Source: Thalia democratica (Eukaryota). Taken from it: a DNA stretch of 64,000 nt. Positions 25,157 to 36,487 of this stretch are shown in pieces. The stretch's first letter is position 1. Every line of letters starts with the position of its first letter. The stretch covers positions 73,904,001 through 73,968,000 of the forward strand of contig OZ241830.1 of assembly GCA_965202585.1 (NCBI GenBank). The letters are read 5' to 3'. The notes beneath the pieces are model-generated. The model was not told the origin of the DNA. It made no database searches and worked only from the letters and a program-made list of their open reading frames with translations. A program made the translations under genes and the position numbers.

Positions 25157-28100
25157 TTTATGAAAAGAATGATGCTATGTACAAAGCTGGTGATGAAAAT
25201 ACATTTTAAAAAATAAAACTATTTTTAATTATTGTAGGCAAATGCCAATTTAGAGCAAAAAGTTGTTACATATTGAACTTAAAAATTTTTTATGGTATAA
25301 TTTAATAGAAGCCTAATATATTTAAAATTTAAAAAAAAAAATAGAGTTGCACTGGTTTTTAGAAATTTCTTGCAGGTATTTTTAAGTACAAGTTTTCTTT
25401 TGCCTTTTTAGTAAAATGAATTTTAAGGAAAACCTGATAGCATAAATTTACTGAAAAGATACTGTAATGCTATTTTATATTTAAGTATTTAAGTAAACAA
25501 AACTCTGAATTATATATAAAAAAGATTTATTTTAAATTTAACCAAAATTTCAGTATTTTATTTGTAAAAGTTGTTCAAAATTCCATTTAAAATAGTCACC
25601 CTATCATAATAAATGCTTTTACTTGATCAGTTAGCTTTTAATGTAAAATATAAATGTTGAGTAAAACCTTTGTTGCATAAACTACATTTGAAAAGTTTAT
25701 CTAAATAAAAACTTTTTAAATAGTTCTGAAGTCTGAGTGAAAGAAAAATCTTTAAAGGTAGAATATTTTTATACTTCTTGTAGTAAAACTTTTTTTTAAA
25801 TGCTGCTATTATTAAGTGAAAATTAAAATTTTTATTTTTTTTAAAACATAACCAATAATCTTAAGTAATATTTGTTATTCAAAATACTAAAAGTATGTTT
25901 ATTCCAAATCAAGTAACTTTCAGAATAATTAAAAGATGGGAATACTTTGAAGGTAACTGTTATTCAAGAATTAAGTTAAGAAACATTGAGTTAAAATAGT
26001 TAAAAAAAAAATTGTATACTTGTTCTTGAAATTCAAAAAAACCGCAGAATTTCAACTTTTGTTTAATTTTTCTGCTGAATAAAAACACTAGTAGGCAAAT
26101 AAACCAAATTAGAATATTTTTTGTTTAAACAGTAAAATAATATTCTCAACAATGTTCAAAGCAACATAAAACTACTTAAACTTTTAAATCTAAAATAAAA
26201 TTCAAAGAATATTTTTTTCAGTAATTAAAATATGAAAAATTTTAAATATAAGAATTAAACATATGTATTGGATGTATAGAAAAGGGTTTCTTTTTAAGCG
26301 ATTTTGGCTAACAGAGGGCATTAATTAGTAAGGCAACAAAAAATTAAATGGGTAGTTAAGTAGTAAAGGGAGAGTTATTGCTTAAATTCCTGCCAAGGAA
26401 GCTTTTTCCAAAAATGAGTTTGATTTAGTGTACTCTGTTTTACTTTTATGATTGTCAATACCATACAGTAAGCACAAAAGCAAAAAAAATATTGTAGTAG
26501 CTAAACTATTCTAAAAAATACTTAAAATAAATTAAAATTTGGTCATAAAATTGTAAAAAAAACCAATTAAAAAAGAATTGTAAAGATAAATTATTTTAAA
26601 ACTGTAATAACTAAAAAACTAAACACAATGTACTAAAATTTAAATAAAGTTTTAAAAGCATAAAAGTAGCATGACATAAGCTTAGTGCTTTTAATGTTTG
26701 TATGATATATGCTTTGAAAAATTATGAGTAACAACTTTTATACTAGAAGCAAAAAGTGAAACACCAAAAAAGTGCAATAAAAAATACTAAATCAAAGCAA
26801 TAAACACTCTTTTTTTTAGGAAAATAACTTTTTAGGAAAATAATTACATAATGAAAAAATTAAATTAAAATCTGAATTACCTTTGCCAGTGTTTAGTATT
26901 GAAAGTTTTTCCTAGTCTACTTTTCAATGAAATTAATCCTAAAAAGTAGCCTATCTTTTAACTGATGTATTGACATTTTGATGAACTTTCCTGAACCCAT
27001 GAACTATAAATCATATTTAAAATTTCAATAGATTCACTAAAATTTTTAAAACCTATTATAATTTCAAGAAATGATAAAAAAAGAAATATTAAAAAAAAAA
27101 ATTAAATTGGTATTGCACAAGTGATTACAATTAAAAGCTATAAGAAATTCTTTTACTCATACTATTAGTTGAGAACTTGATGTTTGTCAACAGAATAAAT
27201 GTAAAAAACATAAATAAAAACATGCATTGAAAGTGATTACTAATATAAAATGAAAGTAAACAAAACAAAAAGTTTGTATGAGCTAATCTAATAAAGTAAA
27301 AAAACTTTATCTAACTTAGAACATTAAAAATAAAACATTGTAATAATAAAATTTTGTAAAGAAAAAAAATTAAAGCAAAATAAGCAGTAATTTTAAAAGC
27401 AATTGAAAAAGCAATAAGTTGAAAAAAACTACTTTACTAAGTTTATTTGTAACTCATTATATAAGAATTAAGGCAAACAAAAAACATTACAGACTCAAAA
27501 AAAATCCTCTGATAATTTTTTGTTCTACAACTATGCTTCAACTTTTTTTGAAAAAATCAGAACATCATATGTTTTTCAGGAAGTAACACAAAACTGAATG
27601 ATATTCAGCAATTTCAGTTTTTCTATTAAATATTACAAATATTTGCTTAAGCTTTACAATAAAGCTTTTGATAAAATTACCTTTTGGGAAATCACCAAAC
27701 CAGAAGTACCACTAGGGTAATTCCCTTTAGGTACTTAAAAGCTAAAAATATTAAAGTGCGTAGCTTATACTTATAGACAAGTGATGTTGAAAAACAAATT
27801 ACATAAAAGTTCAATAACAGAAGTTGTTGTTCTTTACCTGTTTTGACAATATATTTATCACTGATAAGTAAATATTTTTGTAAAAGTGTTCAAAGTTGTT
27901 AGCTATTTTTGTTATTTGCTAACGAAGATCCAGAATTCCAGAACAAATTAAACAAGCTTGTTGGAAAGTTGCACACAACAACTATTTTAAAAGAGCACGA
28001 TTTATTAAAAACTAAAGAAGTTAAAAAACAAAAAATAAAACAAAAATATATAAAAAACATTTTACACAACAAAGTAAAATTATTTTGTGTTACTAATCAA

Positions 28101-29449
28101 AACATGTTTCCAGTTTAGTATATTCAAGTATTTAATTAATAGTCTATGCTACTTTTTGTTTGTATTAAACAAATACAGTTTAACGTTTAAACGGGCACGA
28201 AATAAAAATAGATTCGAGCAATTTTAATTTTTTAGTTGAGTAATTAATGAGAAAAGAGTCATCTTTATTCGAAATTTTGTAAAATTTATACGTATTTAAA
28301 AAAAAAATTATAAAACTTATTATTGATCATATTGTTTTAAAAACAGGAGATTATAATTAAAATTTGTTAGAAGTAATTTAAAACTTTTATTCTTAACAAT
28401 CTAAGCTTTTTTAATATAACTAGTTTTACTACATTGAACTTAAAACACAACTTGATAATTTAAAATATAACAAATTATTTTTCTTATGAAATTTAGTTAC
28501 TACTAGTCTTGCATCTTAAAACTTAAAACTTTTTAAAAGTACTTTGTTGACAGCTTAAATTATGCATTTCGATTTGAGGCATCTTAATGAGTTTTTACAA
28601 AAAAAAATTATCTATCTACTAATTTATAAAACTAACACTGAAAAATACTTTAGAATTAATTTTTTATTTGTATGCTTTCATGTATACTTAAAAGTATTTT
28701 ATGAAGTATAATGTTTTTTTCTTATTTTACTATTTTCCTGTTTCTGTAAAACTAAAAAAAAATTACTTTAAGCCTTGTAAACCACCATAAATTCGAAAGT
28801 TTTGTCATGGGAATAACATTTAAATCATTTATGAAAAGCGTAAGTTAAAGATGATTTCAGTATGTACTAATAACACTCTATATTATATATTCTTAGTCTT
28901 CGTAATAAAATTTGAATTTTCAACTCAAAAACTATTTAAAAATATCTTGTAGCACGTGTTTTAACATTTTTATTATAAATCAGAAAATGTTTAATTTGTA
29001 TTCATATTATAATTATTATTCATATTTGTTTATAACTAGCACATTGGTCATAGCATCTTTGAGTATATCTATTATATATTCACATATCTAAGTAAGAAGT
29101 TTCGAAATAAACAACAGAAGTACTAAATCGATGTTTGGTGGCTTTAAACTTTATAGATTTAGTTTTGGTGAATCTAACTTTTTATGTCATGTTGATACAA
29201 TATCGTAGTCATGAGCATAGAAAGTAGTTTTTAAAGCCAAGCCGATATAAGTTATGTCTCTGTAAATATAAATTTATTTAACAAACTCATCCGGACCGTT
29301 TTTTTTTAGTGATGTAAGTTTTTTATATAAAAAAAATAATAAAACTTGCAGCATGTGTAAATTTAACTGTAATTTAGTTGTGGTGCTAGTTTTATGATTA
29401 ATTTTTTTTTAGTTTGATTTTTGGACAATTAAAACTTTAATTCTAGTAT

Positions 29450-30241
29450 AAGTTTACCGAGGTAGAGCGACCTGCAAAGGCTGTTTTATAAAACTCCAGC
29501 TTTTTATAAAACACTTCCACTCCTGGCTAGCCGGCTTGAGAAGTTATCTCTAACTTAAACTACCAAAAATTTTAATTTTGAGTTCAAAACAAAACTATAG
29601 CTTTATTTTATTAGCGGCGCCTTTCCTCTGTGTATAACAAAACCTGTTCCCTAATACATAGTTAATTGGCCTGTTAAAGTGCTTGGGGCCTTGGGTTCTT
29701 AAGTTTTGTTTATAGTCAGTGTTCTCAACATTTATCAGCTACTACGAAAGTCCAACAAACGCTGAGTTATCTGAGTATTAAAGATTTGAAAGTAAATGTG
29801 AAGCAGGCTCTCCTAACAAAAGTAAAACAAGTTGTTCAGATAAAAGCAGTTCTAGTTATACGAACAAAAGTGAAACAAGTTGTATGGATAAAAGTTAAAC
29901 CAGTTACTCAAATGAAGGCTGAACCAGTTGTTGAAATAATGTGAAGCCAGTTGTTCGAATGAAAGTGAAACCAGTTTTGGAGTGAAACCATTTGTTCGTG
30001 TGAAGTTGAAGTAGGATATTGTTGTTCTCTTTTCGGAAGCACCGGATTATAAGTTTTGTGTTGTAATTTTTGTGTTTTTTATGTTAATTTTTAAACTTTA
30101 ATTAGTTAAACTCAGTTTTTTTCATTTTTGATGTGCAATTTTGGTTTATTTTTGTCTTTTTGTTGTATGTCTTTCTGTATAAGTGGCCTAGGTTTTGATG
30201 CCTGGGTCCTTCGTATGACAATAAACTTACAATAATAAACA
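29450..30241 (+). mobile_element. Degenerate retroelement remnant, possibly Gypsy 3' end plus LTR
   Basis: GC above background; GPW-containing broken frame; 24-nt tandem repeats; purine-rich gaagtagga just before TGTTG (30020); AATAAAC and ACA at ~30231-41. Confidence 0.3.
29790..30000 (+). repeat. 24-bp degenerate tandem repeat (~8 units)
   Basis: Unit approximately aaagtgaaaccagttgttcgaatg. Confidence 0.8.
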
Positions 30242-31519
30242 TAGCTTTCGTTTACTTTTGTACCTAAAATTGTTAATATGTAAAGGTTTTTTTATTATCA
30301 AAGTAATTTGATAAAAACTCGAAAATTTTGTAGTAAGTGCTAGCATCAATTAGTTTTAATACAATTTAGTGAACTTTGTTGACAACTTTTTTTTAATAAA
30401 ATATCGGCAAAAAATTTCAAAATTTCTCATTTATTTAATAAATCTAGTTTTTTATGCTACTTAATCAAAAGTAAATAAAATAATCACTTCAGTAAACTAA
30501 TACTGACTCACCAGACTAGTCTAGCTCAAAATGATATCATCAACTGGAATATAAAGTTTTTTAGCTGATATTTAAACTTTTTTTCCGAAGCTAATGAGAT
30601 AAGTTTCAAACATTTTTAAATATTTCATTTACTAATACTTTGTAATAACTTTATTTAGGAACACAAAAATGACAAAAAAAAAAGTCACAAGAAAATTTTT
30701 TAATCACGTAACTAATAACACAAAAATAAATAGACGTAAAGAGAATTTGTAGAATATAAATATATTGGTTCCTTACAGTGTTGCATTATAAGCTTAAGAT
30801 ACTTCTAAACGATTTAGTATCGGTTTAAAACTGACTTTTATCCAGACAAAGTAGACTTTTAGGGAATGTTTAGGAGAAGTCAGTAACACAACTTTCAGTT
30901 TATTGAAAAAAAAATTAAAAAACAGAACAAAATTTTATACTGTTTATTTTCTTTAAAAGAAAATTGTTTAAAATAAACAATTTAAAAAGATAAAAGTCAA
31001 AAATATATCTGGGTTTTTGAAACATTCTAATTTTAGTACGCTACATAAAACTAAACTTAGAAAAACTAAATACACACTTATCTTGTGCTAATTAAAAGTT
31101 TTAACAATTTAGGCTAGTATTTAAAACTAACAACCAAACAACTAAAGTTTCAATAAGGTACAAATTTAAATTGTTAAAACTATAACTTTAAAATTATTTC
31201 TAGTTTTAATAACTTCTTAATTTTTAGTTCTTAGGAAGAAATGCAACGTGTTAGTCAGATGAAAAAGTGATTCAAACTTGTAAAATTTATAATAGTTAAA
31301 CAAAATAAATTACACTTATATTAAAAAATACTGTTTCAAAGCGAAAACGAAGATAATGCATGCTTAAACAATTTTCGGATAATCCACGGATATTTGGATT
31401 TTCGAATTTAGAAATATTCAAAAATTAAAATAAAAACACTATGAGTTAGTTTTAAAAACTCACAGTGCTTATAAAACTAAAAACTTTATAATCAAGTATC
31501 AATATTCAAGTAATTATCA

Positions 31520-32355
31520 TTAATCTTCATCCTCATCCTCAACTTTTTCTTCTTCCGTTTTGTTCGTCAGCCTCACCACTTCCTGGTTCCTCCTCTCGAA
31601 ATCTTCCCGCCAATTTTTTCCCGCCACCTCCTTCAACCGCTCGTCGACCATCTGGAAGCCGTCGGGAATGTCCGACCACAGGAGGCGGTAGAGAGCGAGG
31701 GAGCGCTGGATCATGTGGTCTAGTTCTTGGGGGACTGAAGTATATAAAAAACATTTAAGAGGACAGATTGAGTGTTTTTAAAACTTATCTAAAATTATGC
31801 CTGCTCACTGGTTGTAGTTTTATCTTATTTTTTAGCTTAAAAAACATCAAATCATACTTTAAATGGTAATTAAATTTGGTCAAAAAACTTTATACAGTCA
31901 TCAAGTTTGGAAAATACTTCGTAAAAAAATGAGAAATATACGTTTTCTAAAGCTAAATGTTTAATTACTTTATTTATGAAATTTTTTAAACAAAAATTTA
32001 AATTCAACAAACATATGATTTTACTAAACTACTTTCTTTCGTAAAAGCAAATTAGATAAAACTTGTTTTAAAATAAACCTTTAATTTTTTGGTTCATAAA
32101 ACAGCTTATTTGAAGTGTACACAAACTAAGTTCAAGGTTATCATTTTTTTTAACTAACAAACTTATTTTTTTACTTTTAAAAGTTTTACTATGAGTAAAA
32201 AATATCAATATGGATTTTGGTTTTCACTTTTATTCTATAAAAAGGCGTATATGCTTCACTATAAGTTATTAATAAGAGTTAAACGAACCGGCTGGTACTT
32301 GATATATTTTTGAAATGAGAAACGTTTTGAAACCATCAGGTATTTGATTTGGCAT
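31520..32355 (-). CDS. Orphan small protein, ~93 aa, acidic C-terminal tail
   Basis: Terminal exon 31734-31520 is GC3-rich, has acceptor ttttttatatacttcag and ends TAA (high confidence). Upstream exon 32355-32289 (aaaATG, donor G|gttcgt) is phase-compatible. Product MPNQIPDGFKTFLISKIYQVPAVPQELDHMIQRSLALYRLLWSDIPDGFQMVDERLKEVAGKNWREDFERRNQEVVRLTNKTEEEKVEDEDED. Confidence 0.6.
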
Positions 32356-32489
32356 TTTATTATACTGTTCTGTACTTGTTTCTATAACTAAAAAAATAGT
32401 TTAGTCTTTCAAAAATAATTTACATATATTTTTGAAAATACAATACGAAGTAGCATTTTTGTTACAACTCACTTTTGCTACAGTAATGT

Positions 32490-32960
32490 GTAACATAATT
32501 GTAGGTAGAACTGTAAAAACAAATCTTTAAGTGAAGTTCAACAATGTTCTGTTCTTTTTATTATAATAGTTTAGAAAAAAAGTTTCTACAACTTACTAAA
32601 AAAAGTTATAACTCACAAATGAATAAAGTATATAACTAAAAAAAATATATAGCTTTAAAAACAATAAAATGCTCGTACACTAAAAGTAAGGTTGTAATAT
32701 TACTGTAAGTAGAACTGTAAAAAAAATCTTTAAGTGAAGGTAAACGACGTTGTTTTCTATTTATGTAATCATTTATAAGCAAAGTTTTTATTTCTGAAAA
32801 AGAAAGTTATTTGCAACAACAAATTGAAGTCAGTAAAAAAGTGCAACAAATAGCTTTAATAGCAACAAAATGTTTTTAAATCAACAGTAAGTTTGTAGTA
32901 TCACTGTAGCTCGAATGTAAAAATATTTCTTTGAGTAAAGTCAAACAAAGTACAAAGTAA
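32490..32960. repeat. ~200-bp degenerate tandem repeat x3
   Basis: tgtag.tagaactgtaaaaa..atctttaagtgaag at ~32499, 32703 and 32903. Confidence 0.7.
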
Positions 32961-34520
32961 ACAAATGATTTCTTACAAAACATTTATTGCTACGGGCTTG
33001 GTTGATACAAATACAATTGTTTGTTTTAAACGCTCTTATCAAAATTTTAATTAAATTTTTCAAACGAGATTAAGGTTAATAAAGTGGTAAATATAAATAC
33101 TGTCAACTTAATTATAATTGATATAGATTGTATTAAGTTTTCTTATAAAAGTACAAAAAAGAAGAAAAGTTTAAAAACTTATTATTTGCTAAAAAAAACC
33201 TTATTATCTTTAAGCTACACGGTTTATAAAACATCTACTATCAAAGACAGCTTAATGAACTTGTATAATACAAAGATATGTTTTTATAAATAAAGCTCTT
33301 TACTAATTCGCACAGCTGTTTATTAATTAAACTCTGTTGTACTTTAAACTTATTCTACTCAGTTTAAAACACTATTTGAAACTACTTAACTAACATTTTT
33401 GCTTGTCATACAAAGTTGAAAACACTAAAAAGTTTAAAATAAACGACATTAATTTATTTTTTTGTTTTATTATAACAACAAAGTCGATTTATCTAATTTT
33501 TATTAAAACAAAAAAAGTAAACAACATAAGAATCAAAACAATCGATGTTTCACTAAGTCTTTGAGTAATGTGCTACTGAAAGAATTTTTCATTAAGTATA
33601 CTTATCATGTACTTAAAGGTACTCTAAAATAACCCAATTAAATGTTAATGAACGCGATAGAAACTAGTAATTGAAGTTCGTTCAAACTTATTATCATGGA
33701 TCAGAAAAATGTTTTTTAAAAAAGCCTTTAAAACTAAAAGTTAGACAAAAGGTTTTAATTTATAACACTGCAATACTTACCCTACGTTTTTGTGATAATT
33801 ATTTTATAACTTTTTTTGCTTATTTTCCAAAAGCACGCACTTTAAACAAATTTACCAATGGATATAGTACAAATAAAATGTTTATATTAAAGTTATTGTT
33901 ATTCTAGAACTAATAACATTGCCTTGGAAAAAATTCTTTTATACATTTGAAAAGTTATGGAGGTTATTAGGCAACCTTAATAAAATTATTCTACTCGATA
34001 TTTTTTGTGCACAAGGTCTTAACCCGAGTATTTTTAGCGTTTTTTTACCGTTTAACAAATAGTTACAGTCTTTCTTCGAAAATTATGTATATCAAAACTT
34101 TAATATACAACTTAGAAATATTCTTTCAAGTATTTAATACATAGAACTTAAATGCTGTATAATTTCACATACTAAGCTAACGTTTAACAATCTTTGAAAG
34201 CTAAGGTAGCAGATTATAAAAACTATTGTTTGTAGTATAACAAATAAATTTTCGGCAAAAAAAAAACTAATGTTAAGTTGGATATTTAAGTTTTGAAATC
34301 CATAATTTTTCAAAGTTTTAAAGAGTTTGAACACGTCAATTTAAAGTTTTTACTTCAACTTTAACCATAGTTTTTAACGATCAAAAATAGTCTTTATAGA
34401 AGTTGCACCCCGTGAAATTATAAAAAAACACAAAATTAAAAATATTGTTAAACGTCATAAAAAACACATTTGTAATAAGAAGTTCTGAGTATTCTAAAGG
34501 TATATGTTATCTTTTTTTAT

Positions 34521-34759
34521 GGTATACTATCAAAATCCACCCGTGTTCAAAATCCATCCAATTGTTTTTAACATTTTCTTTATTTACTAAACTAGTTTAT
34601 GTATATATATATTTTTTTTATTTGTTATTTATTTATTTATTTTTTTCTATCACTGTTACCCTAACCCTTACCCTCGTTCAGTAAGCGGTTCTCGAATTTG
34701 ACTGGGTGGATTTTGAACGCGGGTGGATTTTGATCGCGGGTGAATTTTGAATGTTTCCC
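34521..34759. mobile_element. MITE-like element with inverted subterminal tandem repeats and a cctaaccct core
   Basis: Left caaaatccacccgtgttcaaaatccatcc; right (gcgggtggattttga)x3 in inverted orientation; internal ccctaaccctta. Confidence 0.6.
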
Positions 34760-35881
34760 ATATATTATCTTTTTTATATAGTTTGCAAATGTTTGATTTG
34801 AAACATGCAAATATCTAGATAAGTGAAAAGTTTTAATGCTTTAAAAACATAGTTATGGTAAACAACATTTTTGAAAACAGCTTCAGAAAAGTATAAAGCT
34901 ATTCATACGTAAAATATTTACAATAACTTTATTGTTAAGCGTATAAATTGTTTTAGCAAAGTCGAATTTTAACGTTTTACTAAAAAAAAAATTAAATATA
35001 ACTAATCATTTAGTAATTTTACTACTTAATTGTTTACAGAAAATAATGTTCTATTAAAAATATGATAATTTATTGAAGCATAATTTGCTAGAAAAATAAG
35101 TCAAACAAAATAAAAGTATTTTTTAGGTTTAAAATGAAATTAATTAACTTAGTTATACGATTAAATTTCGTAAAAATATTAAGTACAAAATTGTGTAGTA
35201 TATTTTTGTTGATTCATTTTGCGATTTCGTAAATTAAAACACTTTTTTCGTATTCACTTCTACAAATAGCCAAAGGCTAAACTAAAAACAACTTCAATTG
35301 TCATTATAAACTTGTTTAAAATTGACATCACTACTATCACTTCAGTTTTTACACAGTTTTTATGGTAAATAAAAGATTTACTAAGCAAAACTTAGTTTTT
35401 GAAACTTTTTTTTTTCCATATTTTTATTCTTATTTGTTTAGAAGTGTTTGTTGTGAGTTAGATATAAACTTAGCATACTTTGATACACTTATTTCAGCTA
35501 TACTAAGAACGATTGAGCAGTTGCAATGTTTTTAGCTGTATTTTAAAATTTGTTTTAATTTTTTATTTTTTTGATACGTTTCCAATCTAGTAAAACTTGG
35601 TTAATTTCAATCGAGATCTTAAAAAGTTGTAAAAAAAAACATTTTTATGTTTTATCTTATCTTATAACTATTGAGTTAGTATTTAAAGTTCTATTGTCAA
35701 TAAAAAATGTTTAATGATTATTCTGAAGTAAAATAAAAACTATATATTTTAGTTGTAAATGCTTATTTTAAAGATTGGAAGAGAGTTGAATAAAAACTTA
35801 ATTAACATCTTTTTAATAAGTACGCAGTTTAAAAAAGCTTTAATTACTTTAGCTAAACACAAATATGTAGTCAATCTAAAG

Positions 35882-36111
35882 CAGTTTTTTCCAAAGTGGG
35901 CCATGACAGATACTCAGGGGGCCAAGGGGGGGGGGGGGCATGAGCAGTAAAGGAACCACAGGGGGCCATGCGGTCATAATTCGAAATTTACACTAGATAT
36001 TCTGGAGTTGTTGATGAAAAACAAGAAAAAAGGCCTTAGGAGTTTTTTATAGTAGTTTTTGAGTAATCTTGGTACAAGGGGGCCATTTGAATAAAAATTT
36101 GGGAAATCCTG
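35882..36111. mobile_element. hAT/Charlie-type MITE
   Basis: Termini cagttttttccaaa / tttgggaaatcctg; perfect 8-bp TSD atctaaag (35874-81, 36112-19). Confidence 0.85.
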
Positions 36112-36487
36112 ATCTAAAGTATGCAATTGTAGAAATTTAATTTATATACAACTTTATAATTTTAAGATTAGTTTTAATTACTATGCATTATGCATCAAAT
36201 ATTTATACTAATAAAGTAGTTTTAAAGCTTTGATACCTTTTAAAACTAGTTACGTTATCAAATTAAAAAGCTAAAAAACCTTTCATCTATTTAATGTTTT
36301 TATATAAACTTATAACGTAAAGCTAGAAATTTATCTCCAAAGCTGAAATAAAATTTCTAGCTGTTTTCTGATATTGTTTTACATCTTCGTGGCAGAAAAA
36401 AGTTTATTTTAAAACAAGTATTTTGAAAACATCAGATAAAGTTTCAAACTTTTATGAAACATCAAAACAAATTTATCTCCCGCGTTA

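Larger units (their letters stand above)
26881..30570 (-). other. Putative 5'-UTR exons of the IAP gene
   Basis: Minus-strand AG..GT-bounded mini-exons 26938-26881, 27711-27681 and 27860-27838, each ending AG|gtaa, plus a donor ctg|gtgagt at 30511. The acceptor of the first coding exon is at 25187-25188. No transcript evidence. Confidence 0.45.

Noticed and set aside
29790-30000. CRISPR-like array
   Set aside because: Contiguous tandem units without unique spacers, in a eukaryotic intron, and no cas genes.
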